Part shown: one piece after another, positions 1-12,348 of the stretch
How positions within the stretch are numbered: the stretch's first letter is position 1
Layout of the letters: the number at the start of each line of letters is the position of its first letter
Assembly: GCF_006345805.1 (NCBI RefSeq)
Contig: NC_043002.1
Location: forward strand, 13,826,001-13,890,000
Origin: Octopus sinensis
Taxonomy: Eukaryota
Length of the DNA stretch: 64,000 nucleotides
Reading direction: 5' to 3'
The notes under the pieces: model-generated
What the model was told of the DNA's origin: nothing
Database searches by the model: none
What the model saw: only the letters and a program-made list of their open reading frames with translations
Program-made: the position numbers and the translations under genes

Positions 1-44
<44 letters not shown>

Positions 45-916
45 AATATATACATACATATACATATATACATAGATATACTTATATATATAGTTAACAC
101 ATACACACGCATATGTATATATACATACATATATACATGTTTAGTTATTTTTATATATTTATATACATATACATATATATCTATACATGTATATGTACAT
201 ACATAACCCCCCCCACACACACACACATACAGACATATCCCACGAGAGACAGGGTGAGAGAGACAGGGAGAGGGAAACAAAAAGACAGAAGAATAAGTAA
301 AGGGAAGATAAATTGCTAAAAAGATAAAGAGATTGAATGCTATTAAGACAGATCTCTTCTTTCATAGTCAGAGTGCAGTATGCATTTCTCATCCACCTAT
401 ACTTTAATTTGTTCTTGTTAATAATATCAATTTCTATTCCAACCACTCACGTTCTTATCATTCACATTGCAGCAATTTCTGTCAGTTCTTTGCTCAATGA
501 AATTCCTCCGAGACTGATTGGTTTCGTCGATTCTTCCAATTATTCATTAATATATTAGAATTTCAAATACCTGAGCAGAACGTGTTTCAATCCGACTTCT
601 CTGATTAGTGTGTTTTGTAACACACTTCTAATTGAACTATACTGAACAATTATTATTGAGATAGGTCGTTACAGAAGACGCCGATAACAATAGTAAGGGC
701 TTAGTTTGGCAGAAACGTGTCTCTATCTTTCAAATCACACTTATGCTATTGCCTTCTATCTATCCTGCCGTTGTTAATTTGTTTATCGTCAATGTAAACT
801 TCCTTAAGAGAAGATACACGTTATCAGCAAATCCATTCCAGCCATGACCTCTCCATCCAGAATAATTCTGTTTTCAGTGATATCTATGACGTGTGTTTGC
901 TCCATCAACCAATGTG

Positions 917-1095
917 CCAATGTGGGTATGTGTTCATTTAAGAGAGATTTGGTCGTTATTTCTAGCAGGTAGACAGGTTTTATATTGACTCTTACTTCTG
1001 ATATGTATGTACCAGTGTGGGCATGGGTTCATTTAAGAGAGATTTGGTTGTTATTTCAAGCAGGTAGACAGGTTTTATGTTGACTCTTACTTCTA
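917..1095. repeat. Tandem duplication, 95-bp period
   Basis: CCA(A/G)TGTGGG..TTCATTTAAGAGAGATTTGGT..GCAGGTAGACAGGTTTTAT.TTGACTCTTACTTCT at 917 and 1012. Confidence 0.9.
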
Positions 1096-1706
1096 TAGAG
1101 AATCTATATATACATACAAAAGAGAGAAAAATATCAAATTAATGACTCGAACACACACACACACACACACACACAAATGATAATCAATAACATTTCAAAT
1201 GAAACAACTACAGAAGCCAAGTCTCAAAATAAATCTCTGTTCAAAAACTATGATCAGATAAATTAGAGAATTAACGGTTATTATGAACCATTTGTTCAGA
1301 TGTGCTGGAGGCACCTCTTTTGTGTATTTACCATTCACAATACATTTTACTGCTTTCCTTTATATTCATACCAGAAATTACATTACTCGCCCACAGTGTG
1401 ATATAGTTTCAGCCCCCATAACATCATAGAATCCTCAAGCGAATCACCTGCATCATTGTGTAGCATTAATCATCATCGAAAGATTAAATTTCCCAACATA
1501 CTTTCATAGTCTGGTTCTGGCTGCTTAAAGTATAATGTTATCTCGGCTTTATATTCATTTGTTGCGCTCGTTCTAAAATATAAAATTGCGAGAAAACCGT
1601 CTTACCGCTCGTTATACTCGTTAAATAGGTTTCTGAAGAAGTTTAGCATAGGCGCAGACATAGTGGTTTGGGCGGTGAGTTGGCAGAAACATTTGAGAAG
1701 CATATA

Positions 1707-2123
1707 GGGCGGTTTAGTTAGCAGAAACGTTAGCACGCCGGGCGAAATGCTTAGCGGTATTTCGTCTGCCACTACGTTCTGAGTTCAAATTCCGCCGAGG
1801 TCGACTTTGCCTTTCATCCTTTCGGGGTCGATTAAATAAGTACCAGTTTCGTGCTGGGGTCGATATAATCGACTTAATTCGTTTGTCTGTCCTTGTTTGT
1901 CTTCTCTGTGTTTAGCCCCTTGTGGGTAGTAAAGAAATAGGTATTTCCTCTGCCGCTACATTCTGAGTTCAAATTCCGCCGACGTCGACTTTGCTTTTCA
2001 TCCTGTCAGGGTCGATAAAATAAGTACCAGTTACGCACTGGGGTTGATGTAATCGACTTAATCCCTTTCTCTGTCCTTGTTTGTCCCCTCTCTGTTTAGC
2101 CCCTTGTGGGCAATAAAGAAATA
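1707..2123 (+). mobile_element. SINE family B, dimer of 184-bp unit
   Basis: GAGTTCAAATTCCGCC at 1781 and 1965. Confidence 0.9.
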
Positions 2124-2156
2124 ATACCTAGTGGTGTGGTCAGAAGTTTGAATCCC

Positions 2157-2675
2157 AATCCCCTAACTTCTGGTTCAGTCTCACATCGTGACATCTTCGG
2201 TATCTTCTACTAAAAGCTCGGGCGGACCAAAGTTCCGTGGGGGGATTTTGTAGATCGAAACTGAAAGTTTACAGTCGTATACTTTTGGTGATTGTGTTTG
2301 TCTTCGCCACTGCTTGACAACCTGTGTTTATTTAAGTTCCTTTAAACCAGCGGTTCGAGAATAGAAATTGATATAATAATTACAAACATCGAAATAATTA
2401 CAAAACTTGTTAAATCTGTCCTGTCCCTCATCTATATTAATAAGTTTTGTAATTATTATATCAATTTCTATTCTCGAACCGCTGGTTTAAAGGAACTTAA
2501 ATAAACACAGGTTGTCAAGCAGTGGCGAAGACAAACACAATCACCAAAAGTATACGACTGTAAACTTTCAGTTTCGATCTACAAAATCCCCCCACGGAAC
2601 TTTGGTCTGCCCGAGCTTTTAGTAGAAGATACCGAAGATGTCACGATGTGAGACTGAACCAGAAGTTAGGGGATT
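2157..2675. repeat. Near-perfect inverted duplication of a decayed SINE (arms ~240 bp)
   Basis: 2157-2413 vs 2437-2675 reverse complementary; one G/A difference and an ~18-bp duplication in the left arm seen. Confidence 0.95.
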
Positions 2676-2689
2676 AGGGAACTCATGAC

Positions 2690-2965
2690 GGCCTTTTTTG
2701 GGGTTTACACGGAGATAGCAACGTGATACATTAGATTTACTATCACTTTTAACGCCGTGTTTCGATGTTTTTCGACAATAAATTCCACTACACTGCAATT
2801 CCTCTCTGTGAGTTCTGCCTTCGGACCGGAATTATACTTGCTCGAGCTGGCTCTTACCGAAGTTTTGGAATACCAACATGGTTTTCAGAGACGGTACCAT
2901 TCGAAACATGAAACATTTCAGCAGGTTTAGCGGGTGACGCTCCAACTATCCGTGATACAAGAATT
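2690..2965 (-). pseudogene. Tc1-family transposase N-terminal (HTH) remnant
   Basis: Minus translation GASPAKPAEMFHVSNGTVSE and NSGPKAELTERNCSVVEFIVEKHRNTA resemble Tc1 GAS..A..FGVS..TVS / NSGRK..LTERD.R.L..IV.K.HRTTA. Confidence 0.6.
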
Positions 2966-3086
2966 TTTCTTGTTTGATAATCAAGTCACCTCTTAACTTA
3001 TTTAAATATAAATATTTGGAAGAGAAACGAAAAAGAGAGGGCTATATCGTGGGCACATTTAATATGTACATGGCATATATAATGTG

Positions 3087-3475
3087 AAGGAGGCGCAATG
3101 GCCCAGTGGTTAGGGCAGCGGACTCGCGGTCATAGGATCGCGGTTTCGGTTCCCAGACCGGGCGTTCTGAGTGTTTATTGAGCGAAAACACCTAAAGCTC
3201 CACGAGGCCCCGGCAGGGGATGGTGGTGATCCCTGCTGTACTCTTTCACCACAACTTTCTCTCACTCTTACTTTCTGTTTCTGTTGTACCTGTATTTCAA
3301 AGGGCCGGCCTTGTCACTGTCTGTGTCACGCTGAATATCCCCGAGAACTACGTTAAGGGTACACGTGTCTGTGGAGTGCTCAGCCACTTACACGTTAATT
3401 TCACGAGCAGGCTGTTCCGTTGATTCGGATCAACCGGAACCCTCGTCGTCGTAACCGACGGAGTGCTTCCATCCC
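3087..3475 (+). mobile_element. tRNA-derived SINE family C, full length
   Basis: A-box TGGCCCAGTGG and B-box GGTTTCGGTTCC in head; TSD ATATAATGTG (3077-3086, 3476-3485); nearly identical to 10446-10840. Confidence 0.9.
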
Positions 3476-3996
3476 ATATAATGTGCAAATTATACATAAT
3501 GCCTACGAACACTTATATACTAACTAGAGTAGTCCTGAATTTGTTGTACTGCTAATACAACATAAAAGTAGTTAAATAAACGTGGTGTTTCCATTACTTT
3601 GTCCTACCCTTTTATACGTATGCATGAGGGAATCTGACTGTATAGTTTGTAAGACCCTTGCTCGTTAATTAGCTTCAAGGCATGAGGTGAATTCCAAGGC
3701 TTGTTGATGAACAAAAGCATTCAGCACGACTATTGCATAAATGCCTTCTCAGTAAAATGCAATAGAGAATCATAATATTTAGTTGGTTTGAATACTAATC
3801 GCAGGATTAATTTCACTTTGTGGATATCTTCTAGCAAACTAAATTATATAAGTGATATCCAAATATATTGTATGCAATAGGCGCATGAGTCGCTGTGTGG
3901 TAAGTAGCTTGCTTACCATCAACATGGTTCCGGGTTCATTCCCACTGCGTGGCACATTGGGATTTGGCAGACGGAAACTGGAAGAAGCCCGTCGTA

Positions 3997-4051
<55 letters not shown>

Positions 4052-4099
4052 ATTGGTGAATTGAAGAAATGGAGCTGAACGCAGATTGAACAGAAATCG

Positions 4100-4196
4100 T
4101 TTTATTTCATTCTACACGTGTTTCGAAAGGCACAAATTACCAAAATCCGATTGAATAATGGGACCATATTGTGTCTTTCTCATCAGGAAGAAAAAA
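4100..4196 (-). ncRNA. Inverted twin of the 4394-4490 hammerhead ribozyme
   Basis: Reverse complement of the same motif (TCATCAG at 4180-4186, TTTC at 4121-4124) in the left arm of the palindrome. Confidence 0.8.
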
Positions 4197-4393
4197 GGAA
4201 ATCCGTTGGAAACACAAAAACAGAACAGAGGCGGAGCAAAAAACAAATCGAACTGTGCTCCTAAGAGCCCATGGCGAACTGTTTATCAGTGGTTACATAC
4301 ACTGATAACAGTTTCGCCATGGGCTCTTAGGAGCACAGTTCGATTTGTTTTTGCTCCGCCTCTGTTCTGTTTTTGTGTTTCCAACGGATTTCC

Positions 4394-4490
4394 TTTTTTC
4401 TTCCTGATGAGAAAGACACAATATGGTCCCATTATTCAATCGGATTTTGGTAATTTGTGCCTTTCGAAACACGTGTAGAATGAAATAAAA
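4394..4490 (+). ncRNA. Type I hammerhead ribozyme, canonical core, dimer-type stem III
   Basis: CTGATGA 4404-4410; stem II GAAAG(A)CACAA / TTGTG(C)CTTTC; GAAA 4466-4469; palindromic ACACGTGT 4469-4476; GUA cleavage after 4477; stem I TTTCTTC / GAA(T)GAAA. Confidence 0.8.
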
Positions 4491-4892
4491 CGATTTCTGT
4501 TCAATCTGCGTTCAGCTCCATTTCTTCAATTCACCAATAATGTTTTAATTTCAATTATCCGCACCAACGCACGGTTGCAACGCCAGATGGTTGTACCTCC
4601 AACCGTGCTGTTTACTGCTGTGATTTTTGCTACTAAGGTATCGGTTAAACTTTTGATTAATCTACTACAAGATTATTCATCTTTCTATTTCACATAATAT
4701 ATATATATATATATATACCACGACGTCTACACATTTCTCACCTTGAACTTTCAACCTTGAACTTGTTCGCATAAACTGTCCCGTTTGTTGTATTTTTATT
4801 TTCTCATATATTATCGCCATGTTGATTCGTTAGTTACTGCACGCATTTTTTTTCTCTCCTTCTTTCTGTGTTTTTTTTCTCTCTGTGTATCT

Positions 4893-5015
4893 TTCTGTTG
4901 AAGAGCGTAGGCTCGAAACGTTAAAGACTTGTTTTATTTATATTTCCTGAGCGCCATACTAATACAATTGTTTGTTTGTTTTCCACCTGCCTTCGTCTTT
5001 TGTCTATTTTCATAA
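4893..5015 (+). mobile_element. Dispersed repeat with variant hammerhead-like motif GAAGAGCGTAGGCTCGAAACG (copy 1 of 3)
   Basis: Same motif and downstream sequence at 28531-28655 and 49433-49485. Confidence 0.65.
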
Positions 5016-5024
5016 AGCTTCCCG

Positions 5025-5068
<44 letters not shown>

Positions 5069-5094
5069 TAATATATATATATGTGTGTGTGGTG

Positions 5095-5125
<31 letters not shown>

Positions 5126-6528
5126 CGTGTGTATGTGTATATGTTTATGTCCGTGTTTGTCCTCCCCAATATCGCTTGACGACCGATGCGGATGTGTTTA
5201 CGTCCCCGTAACTAGATGGAATACAAGATAAAATACAAAGAATAAGTCCTGGGGTCGATTTGCTTGACTAAAGGCGGTGCTCCAGCATGGCCGCAGTCAA
5301 ATGACTGAAACAAGTAAAAAAGTAAAAGAGTAATTCTGTGAAACGTTAGTATTGCACATTCTGCATATTCATTTTTATATAAAGGATCCATTTACTGAGT
5401 GAATACATAACGAATAAAAACATGTGGCTGTGTGTTGAAGGAATTTGCTATGCAGCCACGAGGTTCCAGATGAAGTCCCAGTGGTCGGCACCTTGGGGGA
5501 TTTCTTCTAGTATATACCCTAGCACTTTTTTGTATAAATATATATATGTATGTTTGTATGAATGCAGGTAGGTATGCATGTATGTATGTACGTATGTATG
5601 TACGTTTGTTTGTATTATTTATGTAAGCATGTATCTATGCATGAATACATATATGTATGTATTTATGTATCTATGGATAGATGTATCTATGTATGTAAGT
5701 ATGTATTTATGTATGCATGCATGCATGTATATAAATGTATATACTTACTGAATTATGTATGTATGCATGTATGCAAGATATACATGCACGTATGTTTGTT
5801 TGTTTACGTCCCTGTAATTCACCTGTTCGACAAACGAAAAGCAATATATTCCAGTCTTAAAATATAACTACAGGGGTCGCTCCGTTGGCTTAAATCGCTT
5901 CAATACGTTGCTCCAGCATGGCTGCACTCCAAATGACTGATATAAGTGAAAAATGAAAGCCATAAGATTGCACATATGGAAACAAATTCGTATGAATGGT
6001 ATTACATATATAGAGTCGCAAATGAACATGTCGGAAAATGTATGGCTCTAAGCTACAAACAAAAAAAAAAAATAATATTTGTTTACTTCTGGATTCTTCA
6101 TTTAGAAATTTAAAATTTCACATTTTAAGAATTAACATTTTCTATTTATAATAATTATCATGTAATTGTTGTTTTACAACACCTAAAACAGACTGTCATT
6201 TGGTGCATTTGAAAGATTAACAAGTGATTCTTTCAAGAAGTTTAAAAGAATAAATGAACGCATATTTAGAACTTCCACCACCAAACACGAAAATGATAAG
6301 CATCTCTAACACACACACACACACATACACACACACACACAAACACACACACACGCCTGTATATGTAGGTATACACAGACACATAAGTGTGTATGTATGT
6401 ATCTTCATCGGTATATATATATATATATACATGGTGTGTGTATCTCTCTCTCACTCTCTCTCTTTATCTCTCTCTCTCTGTATATATATATACGTATGTG
6501 TGTATATGCATGTACATATATATATATA

Positions 6529-6577
<49 letters not shown>

Positions 6578-7102
6578 AATATATATGTGTGTGTATGTGT
6601 GTATGTATGGATGGATGAATATGTATGTGTATATACACATATATGAATGCCTGTAATTTTATGTGACTATATATCAATATATAGACACGCACACACGGAG
6701 GCACACATATACGTTTATCCGTATCTACACACACACATGTTCGCACATGTGTACATTTACACAAACACACACACAAACGCATATTTTGGGGCTATGACCA
6801 CGATCCGTAGACTTTGGTTTGGAATCCTAGATCTGGTCATGAGACTTATTCTTAAATTAAGCACTTCCCTTCATGGTCTGTCAAGTCACTCAATGTAAAA
6901 ATACGTATCGATTTTTATACTCATATATTCTATACTCACCATGATGCACTCATTATTTGGTTATGTGTTCAATTCTCTTTCTCTGTATGTTTTACCAAAT
7001 TCCTATGTACATGATGTACATTAATTATGATATAATGCATATACTCAAGGCGCGAGCTTGCTGAATCGTCAACGCACCAGACATTATGCTTAGCAGAATT
7101 TT

Positions 7103-7852
7103 AAGGCGGCGAGCTGGTAGAATCGTTAGCACACCGGGCGAAATGCTGAGCGGCATTTCGTCTGCCGCTACGTTCTGAGTTCAAATTCCGCCGGGGTCGA
7201 CTTTGCCTTTCATCCTTTCGGGGTCGATTAAATAAGTACCAGTTAGTCACTGGAGTGGATATAGTCGATTTAATACATTTGTCTGTCCTTGTTTGTCCTC
7301 TCTGTGTTTAGCCCCAAGTGAGTAGTAAAGAAATTGGTATTTCGTCTGCCGCTACGTTCTGAGTTCAAATTCCGCCGAGGTCGACTTTGCCGGTCATCCT
7401 TTCGGGGTCGATTAAATAAGTACCAGTTAGTCACTGGAGTGGATATAGTCGATTTAATACATTTGTCTGTCCTTGTTTGTCCTCTCTGTGTTTAGCCCCA
7501 AGTCAGCAGTAAAGAAATTGGTATTTCGTCTGCAGCTACGTTCTGAGTTCAAATTCCGCCGAGGTTAACTTTGCCGTTCATCCTTTCGGGGTCAATTAAA
7601 TAAGTACCAGTTACGCACTGGGGTCGATATAATCGACTTAATCCGTTTGTCTGTCCTTGTTTGTCCTCTCTGTGTTTAGCCCCTTGTGGGTAGTAAAGAA
7701 ATAGGTATTTCGTCCGTTGCTAGTTCTGAGTTCAAATTCCGCTGAGGTCGACTTTGCCTTTCATAAATTCGGGATCAATAAAAGTGGGGACGATGTAATC
7801 GACTGGCCCCTTCCCCACTAAAATTTCGGGCTTTGTGCCTCGAATAGAAAAG
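7103..7852 (+). mobile_element. SINE family B, ~4 tandem units
   Basis: GAGTTCAAATTCCG at 7177, 7361, 7545, 7728 (period 183-184). Confidence 0.9.
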
Positions 7853-8459
7853 GAAATACGTAGCAGCATTACTTCTGTCCTTACAATTTGTGTTCCAATA
7901 TCTCCTTTGCCAACTCCCTCTTTGCTTCCTTCAGTGTCGATAAAACAACCACCAATTGAGTGCTAGAATCGATGTAATCGACTAAAAATTTTCAGGCCTT
8001 ATTCCTATTACATAAAAAAAATTACAAAACAAAAATATTATATGCCTACTTCTTCATGGAAGTGTATTATGTGTCAGAATAATTTGGTTGTGGAATAATC
8101 CAAATTGATATGTACGAACATAATTTGTGTGCGTGTTTTGGGGGTATTATCCTAAGTGAATCTCTAAATTTGCTTTCCCTATTTTTTTCTCCCTGTAAAT
8201 GTCCTTTCTCATGCAAGAATATCACTATAATCTACTATTGCACACATGGCCGAACATAAATATATATTAATATATTCGGCTACAAGTATACATTTTAGAA
8301 GATATAGAAAGATGCCGTTAATACACGTACGCAGCCACAGCAACAACCACAACCACCTACATATACGCAGATATTTGCGTTCCTTTTCCGATAATTTTAA
8401 ATACACATTTGTAATTTGTGCTTAATCACACAGAGATCATCACACTCACAAGACTTCCT

Positions 8460-8639
8460 ATCATATATATATATATCCGCGTGTGTGTGTATATATGTAT
8501 GTGTATATATATGTATATATATATGTATAGGTATATATGTATATATATGTATATATATGTATATATATATATGTATGTATATATATATATATACATACAT
8601 ATATATATATACATACATATATATATTATATATATATAT

Positions 8640-8671
<32 letters not shown>

Positions 8672-8758
8672 GTGTGTATATATATACATATAGATGTATA
8701 TATATATATTTTTTATATATGCATGTAGTTCTATATATGTATATTTATACATACATAC

Positions 8759-8796
<38 letters not shown>

Positions 8797-8839
8797 CACA
8801 TATAGATGTATATATTTGTGTGTGTAAATATGTATGTAC

Positions 8840-8874
<35 letters not shown>

Positions 8875-9189
8875 TACTGTGTATATAAGTAAATATATAC
8901 ATAAATATGTATTATATTTGCATATACGCATATACGTGTACTTTGTGTATGATTATATAACTCTACGAATATCAATTATGTAATTTCCAGTGGAAATCAT
9001 TTTGCATGAATGCTTAAAAAGGTGCATAAGGATAAGTACGTATACACCAATACGTGCCTGGGCACTTGCTATCTTAGGCATAAACTTGATCATTCACGCT
9101 TACATTCACATAGGAAGATTCGCATATTTCACTGTGCCTAGGCAGCGGATAGAAGCGCGTGAAAGTGTTATATATGTATACATTTCCTC

Positions 9190-9232
<43 letters not shown>

Positions 9233-9433
9233 GTACATATGCATACGTATATAATTATATGTATGTATATGAGTGTGTATAAATGTATATGTATGTATAT
9301 ATATGTATATGCATACATGTATATATATGTATATATATATATATTATGTCTACATATATATATATATGTTTGTGTAAATATATATGTATGTGTGCATATG
9401 TATGTACGTATATATATATATATAATATATATA

Positions 9434-9474
<41 letters not shown>

Positions 9475-9900
9475 TATATATATATATATTATATGTACAT
9501 ATATATACATATATATATACACACACACAGAATCACAATTGCTTCTTGCATATCTATCTTTATATAAATATATATATATATATATGTGTGTGTGTATATG
9601 AGTGTGTGTGTGTGTGTGTGTAGTATATGCATATATGTATAAACTTTTACAGGTATTTATAAATAGATACATTAGATGAATACATAAATACACATGCACA
9701 AATATATATAGATATATATATTTATATTATACACACACACATACACACACATATTTAGTTGTAGATATATACACACATTTGTATACATATATGCATGTAT
9801 ATATATGTGTGTGTATATACATACATATGTATGTGTGTGTGCGTGTGTGTGTTTGTACATGCAATACGTGTGCATACGTGTGTGTACGTATTTATATATT
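8460..9900. repeat. Large compound (TA/TG/CA/TATG) microsatellite field
   Basis: Representative; similar fields at 1-230, 5020-5780, 6310-6780, 15980-16270, 20340-21010, 27720-28030, 39420-40760, 43100-43460, 48690-48990. Confidence 0.98.
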
Positions 9901-10445
9901 GAATGAAGCAGAGTTAGAGAAGCATCGTTGAAAATGTGAAATTGTAACTTTGAAAGAATTAATGATATACGTGAAGCGGTTCCAAATAGCAATTGAAACC
10001 ACGTTACAAAGAACCCTTCTACCCAGAAAGCTTAACAGCGCACTGCTTAACGTCCCTAGAACCAAAGGAATAAATAAATAAATAAATAAATAAATAAATA
10101 GATGTATATTATAAATAAAATACTGTAAAATTTAAATAAGCAAAACGCTATTGCATTTCCGCTTCCTTGCTCCTTCATGTTTTTTTTTTCTTTTTACTTC
10201 CTTCTCTCTTCATATAAGGTCTGTCTTTGTCGTGCTGACATTGCAAAATGCAAAGAAATTCACTTTGGTTTTTGTCATGAGTTCACGAGATCGATTCACC
10301 AATGCGGCACCTCCAACAAATAGCCCTTGAGGGGTGATTTTCTGTGTATAAAAGAATGTGTGCGTATCAAAATAAGTAAACGGAAATACTGATGCTTTAT
10401 CTCAGACGTGAGGTCATCAGACGCATAGTTTGTCATTTCTCTACT

Positions 10446-10840
10446 GTGGAGGCGCAATGGCCCAGTGGTTAGGGCAGCGGACTCGCGGTCATAGGATCGC
10501 GGTTTCGATTCCCAGACCGGGCATTGTGAGTGTTTATTGAGCGAAAACACCTAAAGCTCCACGAGGCTCCGGCAGGGGATGGTGGTGATCCCTGCTGTAC
10601 TCTTTCGCCACAACTTTCTCTCACTCTTACTTCCTGTTTCTGTTGTACCTGTATTTCAAATGGCCGGCCTTGTCACTCTCTGTGTTACGCTGAATATCCC
10701 CGAGAACTACGTTAAGGGTACACGTGTCTGTGGAGTTCTCAGCCACTTACACGTTAATTTCACGAGCAGGCTGTTCCGTTGATCGGATCAACCGGAACCC
10801 TCGTCGTCGGAACCGACGGAGTGCTTCCCACTCCCACACA
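10446..10840 (+). mobile_element. tRNA-derived SINE family C, full length
   Basis: Same sequence as 3087-3475; TSD TTCTCTACT (10437-10445, 10841-10849). Confidence 0.9.
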
Positions 10841-11174
10841 TTCTCTACTTGAGAGTAAAAGTATATATATAGAGTATTCAGGTATTCATAGATGGTTACA
10901 CTGTTAGACAAGAGGCATGCTCAAACACATTCATACACATAATCACGTGCGCCAACATATATATCAACATATATGTATGCACAGGCACGCGTAAGCGTGG
11001 CTGGGTGCACAGGCGAAAGCGTTTCTGTGTAGTTTGTAGACGTTGCTTCCCAACCACATGATTCCGGGTCCAGTCCCACTGTGTGGAATCTTAAGTAAGT
11101 ATCTTCTCGCATAGCCACGGGCTGACCACTACCATGCGAGTTTTTTTGGTAGAAGGAACCTGAAAGAAGCACGT

Positions 11175-11230
<56 letters not shown>

Positions 11231-11238
11231 ATATATAT

Positions 11239-11385
11239 GTAATTATAACAATAAAGGTTTAGCAACAGGTTGCTTGACCGGATATCGAAAATTTTAGAAA
11301 TAGCAGCCAAAATTTCGGTATGTGGTCAAGCAATTTGTTGCTAAACCCTTATTGTTATAATTATATATATAAAAATCTTTTTGTA
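11239..11385. repeat. Diverged fold-back (MITE-like) in (TA)n
   Basis: ~58-bp arms TAATTATAACAATAA(A/G)GGTTTAGCAACA..TTGCTTGACC, loop ~9 nt. Confidence 0.75.
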
Positions 11386-11812
11386 TAAGTTTTTACCGAA
11401 TATGATCTTTTTCGATACCGAAAAACTACTAGGCGAAATTTGTTGATTTTATTAAGTTAATAATTTTTCACCCTATATCTGAAATGTATATATATATATA
11501 TATAAATATATATATGTATGTATATGTATATGTATATGTCTGTGTCTTTGTGTCTGTGTTTGGCCCCACACCACTGTTTGACAAACGGTACTGGTGTGAT
11601 TACGTTCCCGTAACTTACTGATTCAGCAAAATAATCCAATAGAATATGAACTAGGCCACGAAAACAATACGTTTGGCGTCGGTTTGTTCGACTAAAACCC
11701 TTCAAGGCAGCGACCCACCATGGCCGCAGTTAAATGACTGAAATAGCAAAAGAATAAAAGAATACACACAGACATATACATACGTACACCACACACACAC
11801 AACACACACGTA

Positions 11813-11862
<50 letters not shown>

Positions 11863-12191
11863 AGAAATGGTTGTAATAACAATGGGAGACTCGTGGGTTA
11901 GGCTGGCATGTCTTGAATTAAATAGGTAACAAACAATATAAGAAGCAGAGCTGAGCGTGGCATTTACGATCGTTTCGATTTACTGGAGTAAGTAAACCTC
12001 TCCTGAAGAGATTTACCTATTATAACCATTTTCTTCTCTTATATAACCTAAACTCCGGTTTACCAACCAAGCCACTTGCTACCGTACAATCTTACTAAAA
12101 ACTGTACCTACCCAGCTAATAGCCAGGTGCGACTTTGGATTTAATTATCCCTTAGAGGTATTAAACTCCTCTAACTTGATACCTATATATC

Positions 12192-12277
<86 letters not shown>

Positions 12278-12291
12278 ACTATCTATCTATC

Positions 12292-12348
<57 letters not shown>

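Larger units (their letters stand above)
4043..4547. repeat. Near-perfect ~250-bp-arm palindrome carrying hammerhead ribozymes
   Basis: 4043-4291 is the reverse complement of 4300-4547; loop GTTACATA 4292-4299; abuts (TA)n on the left. Confidence 0.95.

Noticed and set aside
3087-3160. tRNA gene
   Set aside because: tRNA-like A/B boxes continue into a SINE body with TSD; no complete cloverleaf evident.
3171-3423. Duplicated ORFs MFIERKHLK../MVVIPAVL.. (also 10530-10782, 21697-21903)
   Set aside because: Incidental frames inside SINE family C copies.
4158-4478. 106-aa ORF
   Set aside because: Spans the palindrome centre; by-product of the inverted repeat.
7103-7852. Regularly spaced repeats resembling a CRISPR array
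   Set aside because: Whole 184-bp units repeat with no unique spacers; eukaryotic SINE multimer; no cas genes.
8397-9699. Long ORFs rich in Y/I/C/V/H/T (also 27629-28366, 39178-39939, 43027-43407, 63452-63898)
   Set aside because: Translations of microsatellites, which lack stop codons in several frames.
10405-10435. CTGATGA motif on minus (also CTGANGA at ~1634, ~12930, ~17985, ~19382, ~46350)
   Set aside because: No correctly placed stem II plus GAAA; expected by chance.
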